Position numbers and translations under genes: made by a program
The notes under the pieces: generated by a model
The model's input: the letters and a program-made list of their open reading frames with translations, nothing else
Database searches by the model: none
What the model was told of the DNA's origin: nothing
Source: Lingula anatina
Lineage: Eukaryota; Animalia; Brachiopoda
Direction of reading: 5' to 3'
DNA: 64,000 nucleotides
Assembly: GCA_051362555.1 (NCBI GenBank)
Contig: CM120644.1
Span: 15,274,534-15,338,533, forward strand
Part shown: positions 40,901 through 53,152 of the stretch, in pieces
Layout: the number at the start of each line of letters is the position of its first letter
Position numbering within the stretch: the first letter of the stretch is position 1

Positions 40901-43571
40901 GGAAAAACGCGAACGAAGTTTTTAGCGTCACTATTTTTTTGATAAACTGGCAGATTCAGAATATTATTTCTAGATGCTCATTTTTATATTATGAATTGAC
41001 CACGTTTTTCCGCGAACACGGTGTTTAACACGGACCTTTTTTTCTTTTTCTTTCTTTTCTTTTTCTTTTCTTTTTTTGAACGTTTTATTAGCATTTAATA
41101 AAAATAACGTCACCACCTGCTGCCTTGCTGGGAAATACCGCAACTAGTTTTACAAACATCACGGAGGCAAAGCCGGACTCACAATTATAGTAAAAAACCC
41201 GTTTAAAGGCATAAGGAGCGGTTATTCTTTGGCAAAATAAAACAAGTTTTGAATATGCTGTTTTTCACATCTTTGATTTATTTTTATAAAGACAATTTTG
41301 AAAGAAAAAAATGAAAAACCCCTTTAGACTTAGCATATTAATTACACAACGCGATATTGACATAAGTTGTATATATGAGACATATCAAAAGAACGCTCCA
41401 AGCATTATTATTGCAAATAAGCACAAGCAATTCGCCCCCTATGCCTTGAACTAGGTCACCTACATCAATGGATCGCAATGTTACACATTATGATGTTATT
41501 TGTGAAATCATGTCAAAATTACAAATGGCGATATATCACTAAACCTTTTCCTATTGTTTACTTTCGAATGTGACTATTTTGCTGTATTATTATTATGACA
41601 CGTAATTTTACTAACAACCACTCATTAAATTTCAACAGGTAAAAATTTAAAAGTGCCATTCCTCAGAATTTTCCCCACCTTAACTATTTCACATGTAAAG
41701 CTTTGCTGCCATTACAAATCCAACCGGTGTATTTTGACTTTCATGTGCTACGTGGTATAATTAAGAAAACATGGAGGACATAAAACGTCACGTGGTGAAA
41801 ATATTGAGGGACGGCAAAACCTAGTTATAAACAGGCAGAAGTCAAGTCGTTTTTTTAAAAATGAATCAAAGATAAGTTTACAACAAATACCTAAAACCGA
41901 TGTCTTAGAACTTTACGCTGAATCGGTTAAAATCGAAATATCCATATGCTTGGTATCCTGACTGCCTCATGTCCACTCCCTGGCCACTCAAAACTAAAGA
42001 AGAAGTGACATCTCTTTCAAGGGTCCAGATTAAACATGATCCAAGGGGGTAGTAGGAAGGTTGAGCGAGGTGACCTCCCTTTAATTTTTACCATTTACCA
42101 TTACCATTATTTGACAGACAAATTTTGATTAACAATCTATTAAAATGGTAATGCACAGGAAGCTTTTTGTGTAGTGCATATATCAAAATACACTAGATTA
42201 AAATAAGTCTCAGACCCTTACACACCCCAAGGTAAAATGGCATTATGTAGGTCACTGACTATCCTTGTATGGTCTACCGCATGCTGGAATCTGAGCAGTT
42301 TTTACACCGTTGGCATGCCAGACCGTACAATAGCGCCATCTGGAGGGGAACAGAAATGATCTTCTCTGCTGCAATCGGTAGTTTAGCTGATTGTTTTAGT
42401 GTGCGTGTGTGTGTGTGTGTGTGTGCGCACACCTGTGTGCTTAATCTTCAGCGCCGCAGAAATGACTGTAGCATGCAACTGGCATATATACAAACTTACA
42501 TATATACGAAAAAATAAAAGCCATTTATGAGAATAACTACACGCGTATCATCTCTGGTCCCGGTTAGTTGTCATTTTGATCTATTAATTGCATGAATCCA
42601 ATATCCATGCAAAACGACCTTAAGAACGTCACCAGTCTACAATTATTTTAAAAAAGTGATGACAAGTGAAAGTAAATTTATTATTAAATTTTAATTGAAG
42701 CGATGAAATATAACATGTAAACTATCCCAATTGGTCAAGTATTTTAACCGAACTGAAAAGAAAAAAACATGCATTCTCAATATTGATATATTTTCATCAT
42801 GGCAACTTCAAAAATTGAAACAAAACTCTCCCGCTAGGCTATGCGATATATAGCGACAACGCTCGTGTGACGCTTTTACGGTGACTAACATGTATAAAGC
42901 GATGGGAGCACTTGTTTTTTGGGGCGGAATTAACCCTTTGAAAGGTCCTTTCCTATTTCAAGAAGATTGTACCTTTTGGGGCAACTATGGCTTGATTTCT
43001 AAGCATAGCATATGCGGCTCAACACATTGTTTTAACATGTTCATAACAGAAAAGAAAACAATCGCATAAACGAATTTTTGATTTATTAGAGGTATAAATA
43101 TATCTTGTCAATTTTCACTTCGATGCAAAAATAACAAAAATTAAACTCATTTGAAAAAATCCACATTGCGGTTTAAAGTGACTATAAATGTAAATTACCA
43201 CATTTTTAAATGCTAATTATTAAATTAAATCTACCAGTATATATAAAAAGACAAATAAAATTACTAAGTGGCTGACCCACCTACCATATCGCTAAGAGGT
43301 ACATAGCAATGAACACAAGAACGGTTAATCTTCTGCAATTAAAAACACATAACAAAATCCCACAATTAACAAAACATACCACAACAAAAAGAACGTGATG
43401 CCCGTATTTTGAAAAACCCGTAGAAAATATCCACCAAAACTACGTCCCCACTGCAAAATGCTAATAGTATCTATATGCAGAAACAGTTTCGACATTATAA
43501 ATTTTCCGAAAAGGTTTCAAATAAAATGCTGTAAATACCGTATCCCAAGTTATTGTAAATGTGTGTTTGAA

Positions 43572-43741
43572 AGCACTCACAACCGGATCAAATATGGTTA
43601 ACCCATTTGAAAGCTTGCGTGAATAATCCCCGCGGGGAATCTATCCAGTGTGTTGGACGATAATGCGGCAAACTTTCAAGTTGGTCAGACGTGTTCGATC
43701 CGTGGACTAGTTAGTCCGCGAATCAACTGGTTGTGAATGCT
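43572..43741. mobile_element. MITE related to 31709-31856
   Basis: AGCACTCACAACC ... GGTTGTGAATGCT TIR, with internal TCAAATATGG and GGACTAGTTAGTCC. Confidence 0.65.
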
Positions 43742-43974
43742 CTCTATGACACTTTTCCATTGTTCCTACCCACGGCCAGGTCCTATGTCCAATTTTCTTG
43801 AAAACATCCCCTACATCTAAATTTACCTATAAAACGCGTGTAAAATAATCGTCGACCAAAATTTCCTACGTATAACCCTTGGCAGGAATACCGGAATGTT
43901 TAGAAGTATTATTCAAATACTGATATCACACAAAGAAGAGAATGCATCTTTATAAACAGAATATTAGCAGTTTT

Positions 43975-46900
43975 CTATTTCCAGTAGCCTGACCCATGCT
44001 TTTGGTACCATTGAATCGTCTGTTTCAAACCTTCTTCCCAGCTTGTCTTGGGTTTCCACCCCAGTAGATGGAGCTTTGACGAGTCGATGACGTAGCGGAT
44101 GTCGTTATACGGACGGTCTTTCACGTGCTCAATATTCAGCGGTTTTCCCAAAAGTCCATGCAGCTTTTTGGCTATGGCCATCACGGAATGCTCGTTGTTC
44201 ACGCCAATGTTGTAGATATTGCCCACCGTTCCCTTGTGTAGGAGCAGATCAAACGCTTCAACGGCATCATTCACGTAGAGGAAGTTTCGTTCGTTTTGGC
44301 CATGGCCATAAATTGGACAAACTTTGTCTTCAATAATGCTAAGTAGGAAAACTGGAATGACCTGAAATAATAAATGTCGAAAATGCGACTCATCGCATGC
44401 AAAGAACACGAAGGGCATTCTATCTCAATACGTAGGTGGGTTCTTAACGTCTCGCCTACTTTATACAATTTTTATCTCTCTCATATATAACGCATAACCA
44501 CAGGCGATGCAAGCCAGTTTCCTCCTTCTCACTGTTTTACGTCAAAGAAAAACACGCCCAGAATAAGTAAGTCCACATTTTGTGGGCAAGAACCATTTAT
44601 CGTTAAGAAAGGGTTTTCGTTCTAGGAGACTTTGAAATACCAGTGTCTCGCTTTTCATTAATCAAATCTCTTTCTTTAGTCTATAGTTACCTGTTTCAAT
44701 TGCTTTTTTTAAATATTAATACGTATTCTGATTTTTTTTCTTTAATTTCGTTATAACCGTTTATCGAATATCTGATTACTTTTTTTATTTATCTGAACCA
44801 GCCTACCTTCTCCGGGTACTGACACGGCCCGTACACGTTGTTGCTGCGTGTGATGATGACGGGGACATGGAAGGAGTGATGGTAAGACTGGACCAACATC
44901 TCAGCCGCCGCCTTGGACGCCGAGTACGGGTTGGTCGGGGTCAGGGTGGCGGTTTCTTTGCGCGGAATCCCGTCTAAGGCTTCGCCATAGACCTGCCACG
45001 AGGAGAAAAAAAAACAGTATTGTTGAAAATAAAGGAGATTGTGGAGGCAGTCTGATAGTGTGTATTGGGTAAAAACACATTTGTTAAACCAACGACTTTC
45101 TAACTTTTTCTGTAATTGAGCATTTTGGATAAATAATTATTTTAATAGTTATTATAATTCATTTATAATATTTGATTGTATTTACACTATACATAAAAAA
45201 CAACCCATATTGACTGTAATTTTCTTAAAAAGTTTTCATTAAAAGAATGAAAACAAGTATCTAAAAAATAGCAATAACGAGTACAGTATATTCAGAAAAA
45301 CCAAATACCAAAGTATAGTTAAACTAATAACAATAATGATAATGAAAACAATAGAACACATTTTCAAAGAAATAAATAGACCGATGCTCCATTTTACACC
45401 TCCCAAAAGATCAGGAAACTACAGGAAAGAAAAATTTATCAGTATTAGCTTGGACCCACCATACATGTATAATGAATCCAAAGTTTTAGATAAAACATAC
45501 CTCGTCAGTGCTCACATGGAGGAAAAGATTCACGCCAAAAAACTTGGCGCAGTGCAGGAGAGTATGAGTCCCGATGACATTGGAGTTGGTAAAGTCGTTG
45601 GATTTACTGAACGAGTTGTCAACCAGAGTTTCCGCGGCAAAATGCATCACTGTGTCGATCTGATAAGTCTCGAAGATTTCCTTCATCTTTTCAATGTCGG
45701 AGACGTCAGCTGAAACAGAGATGCTGGGGTCGTAAAATCAGTGGCGTAAACTATTGAAGTTGTTTCTAATTTTTTTCTATTACTTTTTCTTTTGTGAAAG
45801 TGCTTTTCCGAAGTTTTGAACTTGGACTTCAGGAGCTCAATTTTTTCTTGGAATAGATAATTTCAGAGACACTTCAAAATTTTCCCTTTTATGATTTTTG
45901 CATCTGACCTTTCGCGTCAACGCTATGTAGGTTTAACAGTTGACACCAAATCATTGTAATATGTATGACTACGCATTTACAATAGTGTAACACAAGCACA
46001 ACAACTGCAATTCCCATTCAGTATAGTAAGTGACACACAGTGTATCATACCTCTGATGAAAACAAAAATGGATTTTCCAACCATAACTATTAAAAAACCC
46101 AGTGAGTATAACCAATACAAAGTGACATACCGTACCTTTGATGAAAACAAAATTTGACTTTCCTTTCGAAGCATCGAGATTTTTCTCATTAGCGCAGTAC
46201 GTCATCTTATCCACGACCACAACATTGTAGTATCGATACCGTTCCACGAGATAATTGGCCACGTGGGACCCAATGAACCCAGCGCCACCTGTGAGCAAGA
46301 TATTTTTCCGGATGTTCTTCTTCATTCGTTCAAAAACACCCTGAATGGCGACGCTGATGTGGGGAATCTCATGGTTTGGGAGAGCTGCTTCGAGTTTAGT
46401 GGTGTCAAGGCAGTTATTTGAGCGGCCTGCCTTCACCAGGGTTTTCAGTTCTTCAGGGTCCACCAGCTCGTACTTGTGGTCGGGGTCGATGTTGCTCTTG
46501 TACAGGGCTAAGATCTCGGAGTGGCTGATCACACCAGGGTTGACAAAGTTGTAGACACCTAAAATAATCACGTCCGTTGTTAATTTACCTACTGGTACGC
46601 ACCCCACTTAATTCAGCGTCAATAGGTTATTTCTTGTTTACCAAAAAAACTTTAGCCCGAGCACTTACGGAAAATATTAGAACCAATGTTCCGTCTGGTG
46701 CATGTTTCAACCTTAGATAAAATTTTAAGTGAAATTATGCGCCCGTATCATAACAAATATGACATGGTTTATGTTTTAGGTACCGGCAAAACAATTATGT
46801 ATTGCACGATCCGGTCTAAGTTAAGGTCCAATAGTGAAATAGAAAGTTTTTTCACGTCTGAAGATAAATGAACAGTAGATGATATCTCATAATTTTGGGG

Positions 46901-48037
46901 ACAATCCCCAATAGAACGATGCGTCTGTACGCACAGCTCCTGGAGACGGTTTAAAAACCGAATTTCCGTCAAATCGATCGAAACATTAAGACAAAAAATG
47001 AAGACTCATGAAATTAAACAACTGTACCGTTAGAAGGGAAATTTCTTCTGGAAATAATGTTTTGATTTTCTTGTATCCGAAACGAATTAGATGTTACACG
47101 TAATTGTACCTGTGATTCCCTTTTCCATCATCACAAATGAAAGAGGAAGAAGATCGTGTAAAACGCTCATAGCGTTTGGGATGTCGCAAATCTTTGGGTA
47201 GTTGGTGATCTTTGTGATGAAGTTCCTTGGGTGAAGGTCGTCTGAGATGGGCATGCGCACACGGAGAGTCAAAACATTGGTGTAAGAATGCAGCAACCTA
47301 AAATGAGAAAGTAACAATATAGAACTTGGAGAAATATTGTAATATTGAAATATTAACATGAAAGAGAGAGAGTGATGTGCTCAGCATTTGGTACCTGTAC
47401 TGGTACAGTGCATGAGCAAAAATTAGAACATTAGATTCCATCGTTTCTTTTAAAGTATTTTCATTGGTTGAGTTTAAATGTATACATATTATATCAGTGA
47501 TGTTTTTTCCTCATGCTTTTTTTTCACCATCTCTGGCTGGCAGATGAATTAAAACATATCACCTGGTGTCTGCAATGCTAACACACTCGATGTTGGTGAC
47601 ACGTATGAGAAGCGTATTTTCACAGGTTAAAAAAACTGACATCACTGACCTTTCTGCCATGGCCTTAGTCTTAGAATAAAACGACCCTTCAAAATTAGGA
47701 ACATCTTCCTCCGTAAACCCCCTTCCCCCGATAGGGTGTTTCTCGTCGTACTCATAAATACAGCCAGTGCCGAAGTATGTCACGTGGATCCCTCTAGCGG
47801 CGCACAGATCAACTACAGTCAGCAGACCCGTGACATTGGAGCGGATGGTCTCTTCTTGGTGGTTTTCGCACCAATCGACGTTGGGTCGTCCTGTTACCCC
47901 TAGAACATGTGAGATACAGAATAGTATCGCGTCCATAGTGTTTAATATGTATTTATATAAGGCACAAAATGAAACTTACAGTATCGGTCTCGCCGTTATA
48001 CAGGGAAAAGTTCTGAATTTTCTATGATGACCAAGGA

Positions 48038-48079
<42 letters not shown>

Positions 48080-49319
48080 GTTGTTTTAATATTGACAAAA
48101 CATGCGTAAAACATATTTTCGAGTGCTTTATTTCTAAATTTTACAGCCACGAAGGTGAATGCGGTAATTAAATGAGTGCATAAATGTGTGCAAAAAAGTC
48201 GTTAAAATATATCGTGATTGTGCTTTTGTACCAGTCGTTAATGCAATAATATAACTTCAATGACCTCATTCTCTCATCGGCACGACAAAGATGGCCCTTT
48301 TTACTAGTTTACGGGAAGTAAATAAAATACGACAGAACATATTGAAGAGAGCACGGTGAAATTTTGCCTTTTTCTGGCAACGTACTGACAATCGACGTTT
48401 CAAACCACGGTAGAAAAAATAGTAAAGAATTTTTATAAATACAGGTGGAGTACATGTATTTCACTCGATTCAAAGTGTTTTATCGTGATATGCATTGACG
48501 ATCTGTAGAACACTCAACAAAGGCTACTATCTCTGATATTCATATCGAAAGAAACTAATGTTACATTTGAAGCCCCTTTTCACATGTTGCAATATATTCA
48601 TCTGTATTGAAATATTTTACTGGCCCGAACACGTTATTGCACTACAGAAAAAAAATCGGGGGTGTTCCCTTTCATCTTTTCGCTTCCAACTCTGTGTGGA
48701 ATCAAAATTAATCTAGTGAACTCCCCGTGGAAGCGGCGGGGGGGGGGGGGGGGGGGGGGTCCGGTTAGAGGACCACTTTAGGATATCGTCAGGATATTGA
48801 GCTGTCGATACCATGCAGATATGTTGCTCTCTTACCGCAGGGTGCGCAAGTTACAAAATAATGTTGTGCTCATGCTTAAATTATGCACACTTTTCAAAAG
48901 ATTTTGATTTCAAAAGGTAAAGGTAAGTATACTGCACGATGCACAGCGTACATGTAGCCCATATTCTTATTCATCTAGGATCAAAGCATTTCGCTTTTTA
49001 TCAAAATTTCCACTGCTACTGTAATCATATCGTTCTAGCTGAGCTCTATAATCAAAATTAATCAGGCTTTCACTATAGAAAGTAATATATGTTAAACCGT
49101 GACTACTTGAATGGAAACACGCCTGAAAGTGTGCATACCTGCAGCTATGATGACATATTTTGGTTGAACTGCATCCAGTTCTCGTTGAACCTGTTCTCGT
49201 TCTTCCATGCGAGAGTTGGAGCACGTGACTTGGTAGAGTTTCTCCGCCATCAGGTGCAGTAGCTTCCCGCCTATCCATCCCGTACTCCCAAATAGATGTA
49301 CCTTCACCGGAGATGACAT
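43975..49319 (-). CDS. Putative trifunctional NDP-L-rhamnose synthase: N-terminal 3,5-epimerase/4-reductase (UER1/NRS-ER type) + C-terminal NDP-glucose 4,6-dehydratase (RmlB/RHM-N type), 7 exons, ~607 aa
   Basis: Exons 49319-49139, 47899-47650, 47297-47110, 46558-46136, 45709-45501, 44992-44807, 44361-43975 (1824 nt, GT-AG, in phase). Domain 1: GSTGWIGG, GVTGRPNVDWCE, GTGCIYEYD, PNFEGSFYSKTKAM, LRVRMPIS, PRNFITKI, YNFVNPGVISH.EIL, RSNN.LDTTKL. Domain 2: NILLTGGAGFIGSH, HFAAET.VDNSF, HVSTDEVYG, PTNPYSASKAAAE, TRSNNVYGP.QYPEKVIP, DRPYND.RY, LGWKP. Confidence 0.93.
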
Positions 49320-49740
49320 CGTGTTTTAGACAGCTGCGGCCGACAACGGTGTTCTGACAAAGATCTTAATTGAGCCTATCCCTAGAACACAGATGTACAC
49401 GATATAATGCGAATTAATACATTTTGTAAATTAAGAACCCGCGTGTTAGAAAGCATATTCATAGAACCTATCAGCTGAATCGTGAGTCATTTCTTATACT
49501 ATATAGCAGTTTCTATCATGTATGTGAGACCTTTGGCCCTATTAAAATAATCAGATCTCTATCATTTATGAATATGTTGCGTTAGTAAACCTTCCAGCTT
49601 TATTTCCAAAGGTATTTTCCTCTTATTTCTGCATTTATTAAAACAACGTTCTTAAACGTTTCTCAAAATGTTGATATTTTTACCCTCATCAGGATGAGAT
49701 GATAAAAATTTTATAAGAACTCAAGTAACTTTCGGAGATA

Positions 49741-50007
49741 CAGGGGCGGATCCAGGATTATTTGAAGGGGGTGTCCAGTTTTTTTTCCTTTTTTTTTAAG
49801 AATGACAGGCCTCGGATGCGAAGCCGACGCTTATCCCCTTAGTGTTTGATGTTTTGGAGGCCAAACGGTTCCATTTGGTGCAGTAAAGACTTATGATTCA
49901 GGTCTTCAAAATTCTAATATCAAGAGGGAAATATTGGTGTGATTTTCCCCCCAGAAACCGAAGGGGGGGGGTCAGGACCCCCCTGACGCCCCCTAAAGCC
50001 GCCACTG
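49741..50007. mobile_element. CAG(G/T)GGCGG-type MITE upstream of the rhamnose synthase gene
   Basis: CAGGGGCGGATCCAGG ... CTAAAGCCGCCACTG imperfect TIR with G/C-run subterminal blocks. Confidence 0.65.
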
Positions 50008-51136
50008 CGAGATCCTGCAGCCTTCGACCCTGATATCACTGTATGATGCAATGAGAGAAGCAGCGAATAGTTATTATTAATTTTTATTCTCACAAAACAA
50101 GATATGTCTATGACCTTGATTAATGAATTATTAAAATACGCATGTGTGATCAAGCAAGAAAGCTAAAAAATGCGGGAGGAAACCAATATATATTAAAACA
50201 ACCAAATAAAAATGTCTGGATGCGATAAGTAGATTGTGCCATAAATGTTCAGCTTACTGGCCATTCGGACCACCAGTTTCCTAAAATCTACTGGTCCGAA
50301 TTAATAACCACTGGTTCAAATAAATATTTTAATCAGACAGGATATTTATCACTATTACAAATTAATATTAGTAATCACAAGACCCTGATTTTGCCATATC
50401 TTTTTTGGAACACCTTCACCCATGGACACGCACTCAAAAATATTTGCAGAAAAATAATGTGGAAAATGGTTAGTTTTTTAATGAAAAAAAAAACTACTAG
50501 ACATGTCAGGCCGCTTAATCGACACATTTTGAAAAATCTACTGGTCAGCACGAAATTATACTGACCATGAGCGTCGGTCCAGCGGCTAACGTGACAGGCT
50601 TGTTAAGATACTGTAATTTACTTGAAAACATAAATTTAAGTTTCCATTAAAACTGTTAAGAGTCATAAAATAAAATCCCTTTGATGGGGTATTTCCGGCA
50701 AATAATTCACCCTCTGTGTCATTAATCAAAGTTGGCATGTCAAAACCAAGGTGTAAAAACTAGCCGGTATTTTATATACAGTAGAGCATTGCAACACAAT
50801 ACTGCCTTTGTCCTCAAACATCCCTCTGATTTATACACAATGGCCGTCATATTTAAATGAATTATGGATGGCCAAAGGGGACTAATTCTTTCCCTTATCA
50901 CTGCGAAAAATAAAGAATAAAGAAATAAGTCATATATATATATATATTTATATGTATAGATAATAGCATTGGTTAAAACAACAATTAAACATCCATTGTT
51001 ACAGACGTCACATTTTAACCTTCATGACATCACCTAGTAACAAATAAACAAAAAACCCTGAAGAAAGAATGAAACCGGTCTGTTTTTTTTTTATTATTAT
51101 GTATAATATATACTCGTACAGGAAGAACAATTTTAC

Positions 51137-51141
<5 letters not shown>

Positions 51142-51220
<79 letters not shown>
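51142..51220. repeat. (AT)n microsatellite
   Basis: Directly visible. Confidence 0.95.
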
Positions 51221-51222
<2 letters not shown>

Positions 51223-53152
51223 CAGTTAAGTGCATGCCTGCAGAGAAAGGCGTTGTTTGCACGTTGCAGTTTGGTTGAAATTTGGTTCATGTGTCCGTCG
51301 CATAAGAGTCATTGTCAATTCAGCTTTGACAAGGCAACATCGAAAATCTGGCCTTGATGTTGATCTGCTGTTGCATAATGGAATTCCTAATTTCATGCAC
51401 CTTTGAACATCGAACCCTCTTTTATCTTCTTTTATCAAATAAAGAATCTCAATTTAAGAAGTAAATTTTAATAACTTTGGATGGGGGGCATGTTTTCTGT
51501 CGTTTAATGCCAAGGTTGTATTATTAGATTTTCATAATATAATTTTAAAATGTTGATTGAATCATTGTGTCTCTGCTGGACTGCGAAATCATTGTTTTGC
51601 TGGGAGCTGGCGGATGGGGAGGGGGGGGCAAGGGGGGGGCACAAGAATTAACGAAAATTGATCTCAGGGAATAATTATACTGTAATACGACTAATACAGG
51701 TTGTACTGTGGTACGTTGAGCAAAGAACCGCCTCGTTTTGCTTATTTATTGTTTTTTTTTCTTTTTTAGGGGGTGGAGAAATAAGAGATTTCTCTTACGC
51801 TTGGAAAGGGGAGGAAGGGGGAGAAAGCGTGGAAAGAGGGCAAGGACACGTGGCCCACAGAAATAACACGTGACTTAATAATAACCCTCCGGCCCCGCTG
51901 GCGGGTTTTTTTATGAGATAAGACTAATAGTTTCTCAACATCACATGAGAATCAAATTAGGAGAAGGATAGGGAGTTATTGAGTGTGAGTTAAATTTCTT
52001 TAAGAGTCATAAAGTGTAGAAATTGTTTTCGTGGTAGAAAAAGTCATATATAGTTCGATTTGATTGGTTAATTTCTCAGCACATTTGCAAGTTTTTAACA
52101 CGTATTAAACACATGCAAACTAAGGATGGATGTGGTCCAAGCATGGGTAATTCAAATAATATTCTAAATATATTTTTAATTGAAAACAAGTCTCTTATTA
52201 ATTACCTAAAAAGGAAATGTTGAATGGTGGTTTGCAAAATGAGAATGGAAAATTCCTTGTAATCACCACAAAGACAATGGAAAGTAAACAAGTAAATGCA
52301 TTATTAGTAGGGAGAAATTACCCTCTACCAGGGCGACAGATTGATTTTCCACACATGTATTCACAGATATGTCTATAGATAAATAGACAGTCATTTTGGT
52401 TCTCATTGACTCGATTCAGCAAAAAATGTCCACAATAATAAATGCGGCCCTGGTAGAGGGTAGTGAAAAATAGAGTTTAAGTACTAGTGAACAGTTTGAA
52501 AAGAGAGTCGGTGAATAAACGCTCGAATGCTCCAGTCCGTCGTTTTTTGTCACTTTAACATAACAAATCCCTAATTTATAGTATACACTGTAGCTATACC
52601 GCAATATTTGCCCAAAAAGAGAACTTTTCGAATATTTTTTTCGGTATGTCCGTGAATTCAAGAGGTACACAACTAAAACAAGTACATGTATAAACATTTT
52701 GCCCCATGTTATATCTTACAGTAATATTCAAAAGGAAATTTAAAATATCTAATCACATAATTAGCATAGAAAACGTTTTCATATCTGGGAATTTGAGGTA
52801 AAAAACTGTTAAACAAAAGGAGTATCCTACATTTACATACACCTGCGAGTCCATAACAGTTGGCGATTCAAGACTTTTTCACACTGGCAAGTTACCAAAA
52901 AGAGCAAACTATAATTAAATTCACGAAGCCTCATACACATTTAACATGTTAACCTTGGACCTAACTAGAGAAGGACAAGTAACGCGGAGAAAGATCAAAG
53001 GATAATCGGCTTAGCGCGAGCTCTTCGCGAAACGATGTGCGTTCGGATCACGTGACCTCCCGTACAGGTAGCGAGCATATCGCGGCTGTTGATGACTTTT
53101 TGTGTCATTTGGACAGGTAGCTGGTGATAACGCGAGGAAAACGTTCGGGTGG

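Noticed and set aside
45336-45713. 125-aa + strand ORF; similar at 46345-46554 and 47767-48027
   Set aside because: Antisense shadows of the rhamnose synthase exons.
43975-49319. Rhamnose synthase as plant, algal or bacterial contamination
   Set aside because: Six AT-rich spliceosomal introns with the same style and microsatellites as neighbouring animal genes, flanked by MITE families found elsewhere in the window. Long-read confirmation is still desirable.
51893-51912. CCCGCTGGCGGG followed by a T-run, resembling a bacterial intrinsic terminator
   Set aside because: Eukaryotic intergenic context, very short stem and no upstream gene; chance or a transposon-end hairpin.
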